Assembly: GCA_964304625.1 (NCBI GenBank)
Contig: OZ199838.1
Location: 16,723,469-16,787,468 of the forward strand
DNA from: Kudoa neothunni
Taxonomy: Eukaryota; Animalia; Cnidaria
Reading direction: 5' to 3'
Length of the DNA stretch: 64,000 bases
Each line of letters begins with the position of its first letter. Position 1 is the stretch's first letter. The notes beneath the pieces are model-generated. The model ran no database searches and was not told the DNA's origin. It saw nothing but the letters and a program-made list of their open reading frames with translations. This document shows, in pieces, positions 49,775-62,781 of the stretch. Made by a program: the position numbers and the translations under genes.

Positions 49775-52700
49775 TAACATAATTTATCTAAGATTAACCA
49801 CGTTTATATGGTTGTACCCATTTTTTCCAGTTACTCTGGATTGGTTGGTTTTCCCCCTGATTTTATCAAATGGTGTTTCCCCATTTGTTGGGTTTTTCAT
49901 TTCATCACATTATGCTTTATAATATTGTATTCACGGTTTTTTATTTTTGCCTGCGAAATGACAATAAAATTAATATTATTCAATAAATAAATAAATTAAT
50001 TAATTTAGCTAACCAAGAGTTAAATAATCGAAATACAGTGGGGATGGGTGGTAGTTTGTAATCCCATTAGGACCAAGAAAAAATGCTGTAAATCAACTAT
50101 AATCATAAATTATTTCGAAGGAAATTACTCAGTTGTAGTAATATTTTTAAGTTTTCTGGCAATTATATTGTATACTTCTCGTTTAATATCCGTTTGATGG
50201 TTATAACTATTTCAACCGTGATATTTAAAATAATTTCTTAATCAGACAAATGATAGAGGTAATTTTGAATGGAATAATTCGTTGTTTTCTATCGTCAAAT
50301 TTACGAAACTTTTCATCTCTGTGACAGTTACCATCACTTATAAAATCACTAGTATTGGCGTCGTTTTCGATATTGTTTCTGCCCCATACCTTCGCTGTTT
50401 TTTAAAAACTTTATTATTTCATATTTCTATTTTAATGTCCTAACTCAATTTTTATTTCTGTCCCCCATTTCGCCACCAATCGAATACAAAAATATCAACT
50501 CACCTGAAAAGTTACGGACCACACGTCACTACGAAATAATCCATAAAAAACATAATTAATTTAAAATATTTTATATTCATAATGGTCAAATAAATGATTT
50601 TAAATAGTTTGGGAGATAAATGACTCATCGTAATCTTATATGTAAGTTAATTTTGTAACATTTTCTCAAATTACGAACTACACGTCACCCATTGTATAAT
50701 GGCAGATAAAATATGGTACTGTCTTTATGTAACGTTTTCGTTCAGATAGCCAAACATTAACTCCTCAGTGAGTTCTTTTGATCTTAGGAAGTTACTTATT
50801 TCTCAATAATAATAGTAGATAATGGTTTTAAATAATACTAAAGGCATAAAATGTAGATTCAAATATAATGAGGAAATATGCTTATTATAGGTCTTGAAGA
50901 ATAAAAGGTATATTTGTGTTGAGCAAAAAAAAATCTTTCTTAAATTACTCACTGACTCTATTTAAAATGATATTTATGGTTATATCACTGTATTTCTCAC
51001 CATGGAAACGGCGAGGATGATGTTAAGCCGAAATGCTCAAAAAATCAACCCTTTAAGCTTTTGGGGTAATATCATTTGACGCTGATTATTTATTTATAAT
51101 TTATTAACCTAAATATGCAAGCGAAAGTTGATTTTTGCTTATGATAAAAGGGAATATTTAAGTCGAGCTCAATTTCGTACGTTATATGTGACTTGATGGT
51201 AAATTTTAAATTATTCTTTTAATTACTTCAATGACTGAGAAAATTAAGTTATTTTAATATCATGATAAATTATCTTGAAAGAACTAAATTATATTAAACT
51301 TTCCGTCTGTTTCGATAAAATTATTTGCATAAGAAAATGTATTAACGACAAAAAGACCATCTTTTAGAATTTTTAAAACAATTAGAGAGACTTGAGTTTT
51401 AAATCTTGCATATATTTAATTTTTAATGTATCAAAATTTAGAACAAATGAAAGCGATTATTCGCTTTCGAGAGGGAGAAATTTAATTTATTAATAAAAGA
51501 AATCACGTTAAATAGACCCTGTTATGCTAATAATTAATCATTTGAATATGCATCATAGAACACCATATTACACTACAAAATTTTAATAAGAACACATGAT
51601 CATTAAGGTATAAAATGTTATATTAAAAATCTTAGCTTGAATAATGGAATATATTATATAATTTGTAATAAAAATAGAAACTTAAATAATATAATTTTAA
51701 ATACATTATAAAAATTATATGTTATTACATTTAACATGATTAAATTAAACATGTTAAATGTGACGTTTATGGCGTGTGACGGCGAAGGTGGGCGAGCTTG
51801 AGTTATAGTTTGAGATTCATAGGTCTTGGCGCAAGGCGAGGGAGGTTTGCGTTAACGTAGCATATTTGAGTGTCAGGTGCTGGGATCGATTGCAGTACTT
51901 TGAGGTGCGATTTTTTATTTACATCAGAGATCTCATATTATGTGGATTGTTGGGTCGGAGAATAAACATGCAACGACGAGACAATATTTATAATTAAGAT
52001 ATGAATTTGTTTATCGTCAAGTATTAAATATTGTTACTAATCCACCCCAAGATTAGCATTGGTGACATTAACAAATAATCCATTGTATACGGCGGCGATA
52101 TCTTTCGATATTGGTCGGTTATTTAATAAATTATTTTTGTCTCGGCTTCAGCTACTAATGTAACAAATATATTTACATAATCATAAAATGATCGAAATAT
52201 CACAAAATTAGATTTCTCTCTAAAAACAAGATAATGTTGAACATTAGGAATTATGCGATACCAAATCTCTATTGCATTTCCTCAAGCTCGTTTCTCCTTC
52301 GCACAAACTATCATTAATTCTTAAATCATTCTATAATTTAAAATTTTGTTAAAAATAAAAAATTATCAGATCGCGTAATTTATTAAAATAATTTTCATAA
52401 AAATTATTTATTGCTGCTGAATATTATTTTAAATACCAATAACAATAAATGTTTGTTGTAGATGATTATCTTCTAATATAAAATTAATAAATGATAATTC
52501 TTTAATTTAATCATTAAAGTGAACTAATTAAGTTGAATAATTTTTCGATCTATTTATACATTAGGCCGGTAATCCGAAAACATCACGGTCAAAAAAGCCA
52601 CTACTGAATGTTAAATAGAAAGAACAATTTATTAGATAATTCAAGTTTAAACCCCCAAGTGTAGTTGTGACCGTAATTAACTATTTATTAATCTAAAGAA

Positions 52701-53415
52701 TGTAGCCATAGTTCGGAAATAATTCTATTTTACCAATAAAAAATATAAAACGTATTTATAATTACAAAAATAACTCAAAAGGATTAAAAATGGAGGTCTC
52801 ACAAGCTTACATGGTTACATGGGATTTTAAATTGAATTCATTGTTGACAATGAATTTATATAATCTTAATCAATTGACACTATTGGTATTTTAGAAAAAT
52901 AGAAATTATATTATCAAAATCTTAAATGTTCGTCATAAATTCCATCTTTTTGTAGAAATTTTGGACCACCCGAATTGAAGCCTTAAAAGTCACTAACCAG
53001 ACAACAAGACGTCACACAACTTACAAGCGAAAGGTTGCCAACCCCTTGGTTTATGTTATTATTATCTAATCTTAAAATCTAATCTCATACACCATTAAAA
53101 TCATTATTGATCCTCATAACTCCCATTTATTTATAGCTCACATATACCTTGAATTTTTTAATAATTGTTTTCAAACGACAGCTATTTACTTAGTGGTTTA
53201 AATACTGAACTACTGTCAAATCCACATATAAAGTTTTAAAATTAAGTCTGAATATTAGATCATTCTTTTTAAATTATTTGTAAACACTTAAAACATAGCT
53301 GAAAGTTTCATTATTCGATTAGAAAAATAAAATCACTCCAAAAAACAGTGAATATAACAACATAATAGATAATTATAATAATAGTGCGGCTATTTAGACT
53401 GGTTGTCATCAACGT

Positions 53416-54205
53416 TTAGTTAGGATTTTCCTAAAACACAATCAAAATTAGGTTGAAATAAGATCAATACGTTTTGTGGGTTTGGAGTTATAATTTTTTT
53501 CTTCCTATAACTTCTTTTGGGCGTACATTTTTTTACTTTTCCACAGTTTGAAGTCAAATGACAAGTTAGGTTGTTTAAAAGACCACTGATATTGGTGAGA
53601 TTAGAGGAAATATTCATTAACTCAACGTAAGTCGAAGCGGTGGAAAAGTCAAAAGTTTGGTTTTGCCAGTTTCCCCCAAACTTAACGTTATTCTTTAAAT
53701 GCGCTTTAATTGATTGTTGCAAATGATTCGATAATATTTCCATTTTTTGTTCAACAATTTTATTCATTTTGTAAAGTAGACGACATTCGTCAAAAGAATG
53801 TGTGATAGGAATTGCGGCTCTAGTTGGTGGTGGATCAGGGTAGATATCTTGTAAAGGGGGTGTAGATTTTTCGCAGGGCTCTGTTTTTGTTTGAGTAGAA
53901 TAATCATTTTTGCCCAAAGAAGTGGTATTAGAAAGCACTGGTAAATAGTTGTTATTTGTAGCCGAATGTTTATCACTGGTTTTTCCATCGATAACAATAG
54001 TGGATATTTGTCTATTGAGTTCATTCTTTGGCATATTGTTTGGTGCATTATTACCAGTAACTTCATGATTACAATTGGAACCATAAGGTTCCACTACAAG
54101 GGGTTGTGAATTGCAGTTAAAATTGTTCTCTATTGAAGAAAACCTTCGTTTCTGCAAAAGATACTGACTCATATTTGAAGAGGTAGACGTTTTAGGTGGT
54201 AACAT
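53416..54205 (-). CDS. Orphan protein (~250 aa), Asn/Ser/Thr-rich with a basic C-terminal cluster
   Basis: Long open frame in AT-rich DNA; probable ATG 54205; probable 40-nt terminal intron 53431-53470; KVKKCTPKRSYRKKK is NLS-like. Confidence 0.65.
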
Positions 54206-54348
54206 AGACTTATTGTTACAGCTCACTGTTTTCGGTTCGAAACAAAATAACAAGTTAATTGGAAGCGCGTGAAATAAAAAGCACATATAACCATTATAAA
54301 AACAACATAATGACCAGAAAACAATTAATGAGTAATTGATGTAATCGA

Positions 54349-57300
54349 TTACATAAGATAACGCTTACAAATGAGTGTAAGCATGCGTACAATTTGACTG
54401 GAAGATTTGTCAAAGTAGTTCTCATGTTCATCGAAATTATCCATCAACTGTTCTATGCATTCAATAAACCCAACATCATGACGATGTTCAGCCACATCAA
54501 ACATAAGAAGGATTTCCTGAAGGTACCTATAACAATAGTAGTAATTGTGTTAATTGCCACACACAATCAATATTATTAATTCATTATTCCAAAATCCATA
54601 TTAAACAATCGGTATTCAAAAATAAATAAAAAAAGTAATTAAAGTAAAATTTGTAAATTTATGAGAACGTGTTAAACAATTAGCGCACAATGATACTTTT
54701 TACAATAGAAATAAAAAATGGATAAATAATTACGAGATTTTGACACTTTGGTTGGTCGTAAGATCATCTGAACAAATTTTCACAAGATAATACAATTCCT
54801 TCATTGAAAGGGAAGTAACAGGATCTTTGAGGAGTTTGGAGGGATCGAAAGAAACGCATAATCTCAAGCAGAATTCTTTGAGGCTGTTGTTCAAGCCGAC
54901 CTTGAGTGCTTTCACCAATTCGCCGCGATTTAATAAACTATGAGCAAGATCCTACACATTACGATCAACTCGTATACAGTCCAACAATGGAAACTAACCA
55001 AAGGATCTAAAGCAACAGTTGGACTGTCGTTGGATTGTGGTGGATGGTTATCGCTTGTATTAAAGCTTGAGGCTTGACTTCCAATCAAACCAGCAATAGC
55101 GGTGGTTTGATGTCGTTGAAGAGTTGCAATATTGGAGAGGATTTTGTTAGTGATATCATCTTTTAGTTGTTCCATATTGCGTCGAATCGACTCATTTGTG
55201 TTTTTCTCAATGTCACAAACATAAGTGGATAAATTTTCAACCATCCCCTCCAGTCGTCTAATGGCATCAACAGATGCATCGTTAGATTTGCCATTTATGA
55301 AATTTTTCTCAAACGAATTTAAATAGGTTTGTAAACATGCGAGATCTAAAAAAATTACATTAAAAACATTAAAAAGCATAGTATACATTCTTGGGTGCCA
55401 GTTCTGAAAGCTTTGTCAATATCAGTAAACATCTTTTGGGTTAGACGATCCATTTTTTTGACCGCACCGATTCCTGCAAGCTCTCCTGCCAATTTGCTCG
55501 TTAGATTCTTTAACAGCCTTTCAGTACGGTCCATTACAAGGCTAGCCACATTCTAGTAGCCACCATAAAGAATAATCATTACAATTAATCTCCATTTATT
55601 AATTAACAATACCTCGGCCATTTTGTTTTGATTAGCCTTTAATGATTTCAAATGGACATCCACGGCATCCAATCTCTAAATAAATACTTAAAATAATAAT
55701 TTTTTAAAACTACGTATACCTTTAATATCTTTAATGAAAGATTGGTCTCGTAATCGGAGGAGTCTCTAGAAGCTAAGCAAATATATTTTTAAAAAATTTA
55801 GTTAGGTTAACAATATACCTTTGTTTGTAGAGCAGTCGCAACGAGGTTGAGTTTTAAGTTGGTCGATTTTTTGTTTGAATTGATTTAAACTTTGATCTGA
55901 GAAAAAATACAGAATCAACACTAAAATTTATTTAGAATTACTCCACGAACGTTCAAACTTATTGAATCGTTCCTCCATTAAAGACTCTACACATTGGAGG
56001 GTGGTACAGTTGGAAGGGGCCACATTGGATGTCATATTTTCGGTGTCCTCAGTTGTTTTTTCAGTATCTTCGGTGGTTTTTTCTGAACCTGATGCTGCTG
56101 CAGGAGGAACTTCGGCCTTGTATTCGGCTGTTGTTGAGGAGTCATCAGCAAAAAGATGGTGTGGTTTGGTCATAGAATCATCAGGAGGCGATATAAAACT
56201 CTCGTGATTTCCTCCCTGTGTACATATAACGCATATAAATAACCTACTCGAAACACTATTTTACTTTTAAACCATAGGGGTCGCCTTTGAGTAATTGTGA
56301 TAAGTCGTTGTTCGTAAGAATAGGGGGGAATGACTTCATCCAAAAAACGTTTTTAATGAATAATCAAAGGTCAAAATCTAATTACCAAACCACCATCATC
56401 AGTCGTTTGATTGAATGCTTCGCTTAGAGCAGTGCAAAAGGCTGACCTGTTGCATTAAATCTCAAATAGTATGAAACAAACGAGCAAAAATTACGAATTG
56501 CACAAAGTGGAGTCAGTCTTGTCAACACCAACATCTTGATGGAATATTTTGTTAAATTCGGCTATCTCGTTGATTAACTCTTCATGATTGCCACTTGAGT
56601 TTAATACGGGAATCAAGGATTGGATCTCTCTGATCTGAGGAGAAATAAAATTTATCGCCGATGGCTTATTCTTTAGATAAAAGATGAGAATGGAAGAATT
56701 AAATATGAATAATATGCCTCAGAATGATACGAATTAGATCGACCAGATGTGTTGGAGTTGGTCAACTTGTGAACGTCTTGGAACGAGCCACCATGAAGCC
56801 CTTCATTTCCATCGTAGGGTAATCCACGACGGTTTTTCATACCAGAACTTGCACCCGTTAGATATTGATAGAAGCTATCTAGAATGGAATGGAATGTGAT
56901 TATTGTGAAAGCTCTACCGGAAAAACAACTTTCACTGTTACGTTCCTTCTCTTCGCAGCTCTCCAAGTAGAATTCAAACGAATAAAGGTTTCTAATTGAT
57001 GGTGTTAAGCAGCCGTGAAAATAAACGTTACTTTTCACACAATGCAAACATATTAACCAATTTACGACGATAACATTTAAAACCTCCGTCTCCAACCAAA
57101 CTCTTGGTGATATAAAACTCGGGATAGACAGTATAGTCGAGAATGTCAGTTTGAATTGGCATTGCACACACCTCTGAGATAAACGGAGAAATAAACTTCC
57201 ATTTGTTGCAAGTGGAATCCGATGTACTGGACATATCAGGGGATACTTTCATCGTAATATCAAACATTACGATCTATTGTTATAGAGTGAAAAAATGCAT

Positions 57301-60300
57301 ATTAATAATTGTGTTGTGAAATAACTTACGTAATGCATGTTGGTAGCCAGCATGAGTGTAGTACCGAAACTTGGTGATAATGGTCTCAATCTTAATCCAT
57401 TATCATCACTTAATTGGTCAGATCCATTCATCGACAAACTGTACAAAAATGAATGTTACATACATAATAATGAGCAGCATGAAAAACCTGATAGTTTGCA
57501 CTAATACAAAATCCATCGTGTTATACAGTTTGATAACGTTATTCGAGCTAACGAACACAACAATAGGCCAATACGATATTATGTCCTCAGTAGAAAACAT
57601 GCGAGTATCACACCAATGATGCATTATAATTGGATCACTGTTGTCGAATGGAATCATCTCACACTGAGGTTTCAAATCATCAATGATGCAAACGTTTGAC
57701 TTGGCCTCAAAATCGATCGCCCATATTTTAAATTTCCCATCCGCACCAGATGTACTCATGTATGCGGCATCGGGAGAAAGGTAACAGCTCGTAATACTAG
57801 ATTCATGCATTTTACTGATAAACGAGCGCACCAATAAACGTTCCAATGCTTTATAATCGCAGGTATCATTAATTTTTTCCAATGAAAGGTTAAACTTGCA
57901 CACAATACAACTACCATTTGTTCCATACAGAACAAATACGGAAGATTCATTCGGGGATGGAATAAGTTTGTTTTCAAAGTTCATCTTGTATTTCCACGGT
58001 TGCCAAGAAATTTGGTACACCGAATCACGAAAGGAATCATATGATTCATCTTCCGGTATCTGTATCTTGCACAATGTCACCAATCTAAATCACAATATAA
58101 TAAAATAGGTGGTGGCCAATATTAGTGATATAAATAAATTTAATAGGTGATTTTTTGTTGAGTACAGAAGAGAGAGTTTTTATGTAGAATTTATTAAAGG
58201 ATGAATAAAAAGGCAATCAGATCATAAAATTTGGGAATCAAAGAGTATTTTTTGTATTTCGCCCCATCTCAAGCTATAACTAATTTCTATGGTTAGTATA
58301 GTGACGAACAGAAAACTAATTATAAAAATTATATCGGCATAATTTCGATAGAGTAGCATTTGAATCATCAGTTAATAAAAAAATAAGATTCGTAATGCTC
58401 GTCAATAAAAAAAGAAATTAATCATACTGCAATGAAACTTCTCGACGTTAACTGACGAGTCACCCTTTTTTATTACATTTATTAAATATATAATTATTAA
58501 AAGGAAACGACTTAAGCCTAGAATAAATTATTTACGAACAAAAATCCATAAGATAATAATTATTATCATATTTTTTGTTATTTTATAACGAATTACAATT
58601 TTTTTAACTTCCATAGTGATGATTCATATAGCTCTGGCTTCGACTGTGACACTTAATTTGATGATAAATGTGAGAATCTTAGTTCTGAACTATAACAGGG
58701 TCATACTTAAGAGAATACGGACTAAACTCCATGCATTTCAAATCCGAATATAAACTAAAAATGGCTTACTACAAAGTTTGATTTTTTTCAACCAAAAGAA
58801 AACAATGCAATCGTCACGGACGACAACAAATAAAAATTACAGAAAATATTTACACAGAGTGCCAAATTTGGGCTATTTTGTTCCCTGAAAAAATAACACA
58901 TCGAGTATAGCTCTTTACATCTAATCACTTTAAAAAGATCTGGCCAAATTTCGAATGATTACAGAATTGCACTGTTTTTCAATATAATAAGGAAAATTTA
59001 ACTGATATGAAAAAACTTTGGGCAGCCGATGATTTTAGTTTTTCTGTTTGTAGGAAACCATTTAGCATTAATAGATTTAAAATGTTAAACGTATGCTCAC
59101 ATTATAACGATGATGCTAATCACTCAGTAAACTCGACTCAAGATTGATAGATCTTTAGCTATAAAACTGCTACATCTACAAATAGATAAGAAACTTAATA
59201 AATATGGTGTTCCATATATATTTTTTATAAACAAAACAAATAATGATATATTAGAACATGGGTTGGCAACCTTTTTGGATGAAGGCCCCAGCAGACATAC
59301 TATACCCAACGTCAATTAGGGCTATATTAAAATTAATTGGCCAAATAGTAAATAATCTTAATTTAAATATATAAATTAGAACTAATAAAATTCATTTAAA
59401 CTATAAAAATATCGCAATTCGAACGAATTATATAACAAGAATTTTCACTTGCAATGTAACCAATCTGTGCTTAACTTGTGAAATAACAATTTATCGGATG
59501 ATATCAATTAACATAAGTTGTATCTTTATGCCTTTTAATAAAATATTAAAATATTATACCATATAGAAACAATTTTAACAGTCATTTATTCCAGTTTTCT
59601 GCTTTAATCAAAATGAATTGGAGTCGGTTAAAATATCTAATCTATAACATTAATATTTAGAAAAACAATCTAGGTAAAAACTAAAAACTATTTACGTATT
59701 TTAGATAATAAGAAAAATTAGAGTCGGTCAATGCATCGCGGGTCGACCCATGTATTAGAAGAACGATTAATTCCAACAACAAAATAAACATGTTATATAT
59801 TCACCCACCAAATATAATAAAAAGACTAAATAACTTGCAATTCATGTTCAAATAATACTTACTGGCAAAACTCAAACATTTTATGTCATAACTTGCTTAT
59901 AAGAAGATAATACATACATGTTTGTGCATTCATTATAACGATTTTCTTTGTGGGGTCCATTGGATCCCATACACGAGATTACGTAAAGTTTTTGGTGCAT
60001 GCCACAAAGGGTTAATTAAAAAAAGAAAAAGTCATGATGACAACACCAATCATCAGAATAAAGTATTTATTCCCATTGCATATAAAGGATCTTTTGATTA
60101 TCAATTTAACGCAAACAAAGTGTTAACGATCAAAATAGCAATAAAATAAATATATTTAATAAACCTTTAGTTATTGGTCCTTCCAAATTTAATTTAAATG
60201 CCACGGAAGCATGTTTAAATTGCGCTTTCAATCACCATAGCTGTATAGCTATTATTTATAGCCATTATTTATTTATAGCTATTATATTATTATATTATTT

Positions 60301-61906
60301 ATAGGTTTTACATGTATTTTAATTTTTAAAGTCACCGAAAATAAAAACTTGTACACTCTAAGAACAAATATACTGGCCAGGAATAATTACTTACATCAGA
60401 AATGACAACGAGAGTTAAATTATTAATTATTTGTGTATTCTAAAAACATAATGGCTAGGAATAATTACTATCCTGCTTCCTCGGGCATAAGATCTGTTGA
60501 GATTTTATGTGGGAATTTTAAATAAGACCTGGCATTGTCTCGGGGTATCTTGGTGGTTATTATTCGACAGGACTTTGATTAATAGGTTTTAGTTACAACA
60601 ATATTGAATAATTACGTTTTCTACGAGAACAATAAGAATTTGTTGCCACACAAGACTTAATCTACATTAATTTTATAGACAGTCACATAGGGGAATAATA
60701 TTTCTGATTTTATGTCAGAAATATGAGGCCTACCCCACAAATAACACCTAGTAGCTATTTATTGTGTAAAATTAATGCAACGATGGATCCTATATTCGAC
60801 GAAACGCGATACATCGAATATGACAACGAGATTTAAATTATTAAAAAACTATAATTCCTTGGTAACTTTTGTGTTTACAAGGTATCAAAAATGTTGACGA
60901 ATACACGAAAAATAAACTTCTGAGGATTAATTTTGTATTAATTGTTGATATTCTAATAATTTCTTCGGCTAATCAACTAACTTTTAGTTATCAGGTGCTT
61001 ATAATTTTCTGCTTTAAACAATTAAATTTTTGTGACCTAAGTACAACATATTGAAATAACTCCAAGTTTATATTAAGTGAAAGAGTACAAGATTCAACCG
61101 TAGATTAAAAATGAAATAAGCATTGAATGAGTTCAGCGAGGAATTTAGATTTAGTTCAGATTAAACTTAACGTGAAAGAATTTGTAATAGGATGTAATAA
61201 TATATCGCTACGAGAAAAAAATCATACATCAGGTTGGTTTTGTCTTCCAAGCATTTCTCAATCTTTACAATATACACATTTCCTTTCTTATCAACCAAAG
61301 ACAAGATGTCTTCACTTGGAGATACGAACTGTGTGGAAACCACATCCGAATCAACATCCTTAAAAATCGCACTGGAGTTGTTTAGTGTATTTCGTGCTCG
61401 AATTTTAGCCACAAGCAGGCCAGTATTTCTGTCTAATATTATTTATGATAACATACAACGCTCCATTCTATTACGCTGAACCAAGTAGACCAAGTATTTT
61501 TTGTTACAAGTGAGCAAATTTCCATTGTTTTTTTATGTTATCCCATCCGACTTGAGATATCAGCTGATACACATTCTACATGAGTTTGTTAAATGTTGAT
61601 GAGAGATGGAATTAATGCAGAATTTAATACAGTGCGGCAGCCCTTTTTCAAATTTGGAGGCAAAAGCAGACGGCAATTAGTTGAATTGATTTTTTGTGTA
61701 ATGAAATTATTAAAACTTGGCTCGATATCTCTAATTCAACGTTAGTAAACAAAAATTCATATCTCGTGGGGTCAGCAACGAGTCTAATAAACAAATACAT
61801 CTCTTGAATAGTGTCGTTTTTGAACGATTCCACCTAAAATTTCCGTAGAATATTGAGTAGGATTTGTGGTGAAATTTACTTGTATTTCAATTTCGTCTGA
61901 CGACAT
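54349..61906 (-). CDS. EDC4: Enhancer of mRNA decapping 4 (Ge-1)
   Basis: N-terminal WD40 (GNLLTCNKKYLVY, LSLVDKKGNVYI, LSPDAAYMSTSGADGKFKIW), Ser-rich linker, coiled coil and C-terminal helical domain (FDPSKLL...LSMKEL..LV...DL...KISYLQE). 3.1-kb intron 58085-61227. Confidence 0.85.
59257..59752. mobile_element. hAT MITE in the large EDC4 intron
   Basis: Ends catgggttgg / tcgacccatg; perfect TSD tattagaa. Confidence 0.88.
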
Positions 61907-61974
61907 TATGTTTAATAAATTTCGGATCGATCTCAGTCTCCAATCAAACTCTATCACAGGAAATATGTAACGAG

Positions 61975-61987
61975 TGCGCCTGCGCCA
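61975..61987. promoter_or_regulatory. NRF1-like GCGC-core element upstream of EDC4 (representative of a recurrent promoter motif)
   Basis: tgcgcctgcgcca ~70 bp upstream of the ATG. Similar words precede most genes in the window (4295, 5063, 10602, 11051, 22378, 27641, 29070, 32601). Confidence 0.55.
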
Positions 61988-62250
61988 TGATATGAAGACT
62001 AGAATTGTTTGTTGGGTAAAATTAGTCGATTTGTAATAATCTTCTCTTTTGAAAGGTAAATGAAATTTAGGTGTAGTTGGTGCCAAAAATATGAGCTCCT
62101 TGTGTTAAATCGGCGGAATCACCGTGACACCGCCTTATTGATTACAAATTAAGCTAGTCAGTGTAATCATTTCCATAGTTTAAATGTTTCTAACACTAAA
62201 GTCGACATACTCAATAAATTGACAATAACGATACTTTTATTAATTGACGC

Positions 62251-62300
62251 TAATATTTGTAATATGTGTAATATGTGTAATATGCGTAATATGCGTAATG
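62251..62300. repeat. 9-bp tandem repeat TAATATG(T/C)G x ~5.5
   Basis: Direct reading. Confidence 0.85.
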
Positions 62301-62781
62301 TGTTGGTTTCTAGTTGCGCCAAGTCAACTTTACGATGGTTTTTCACGCGTAGCCTCCTAATTTTGGTTATATTAATTTATAACTCGATTGACGAATATTC
62401 GTTGTTTTAATAAAAGGTTACGTAACCCATTTTATAAATAGACAAATTTACATTGTGTCCCATTCACGATGTATCCTTCATTTAAAAAATGTTCGAGATA
62501 AAACTCTCATCCTGACATTGAATTGATGGCGATTTTATTATACAAAAATGAGATTGAAAGAAAAGATTCACACTTAGGGAGGATTTGAATTCTTTTATAG
62601 TTGCTTCGATCATTTAATGAATTATTTTAATTTAACACTAGTAGAATGCATACAATAAATTGTTTACAAGTTTGTGTAAAAATAACTGCGATTGTGCGAA
62701 TATGGGGAGGGTTTAAAACAGAATTCTTACCGATTTAAATTATTTAGGATACAAATTTTTGTTGTTTAATTGGATTATAAG

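Noticed and set aside
51870-51915. U1 or U2 snRNA gene
   Set aside because: Only short words match; the invariant 5' sequences (ATACTTACCTG; GTGTAGTATC) and a clear Sm site are missing. Kept only as an unresolved island.
62050-62430. Additional microgene upstream of EDC4
   Set aside because: Splice-like signals exist, but alternative models give different very short peptides and none is convincing.
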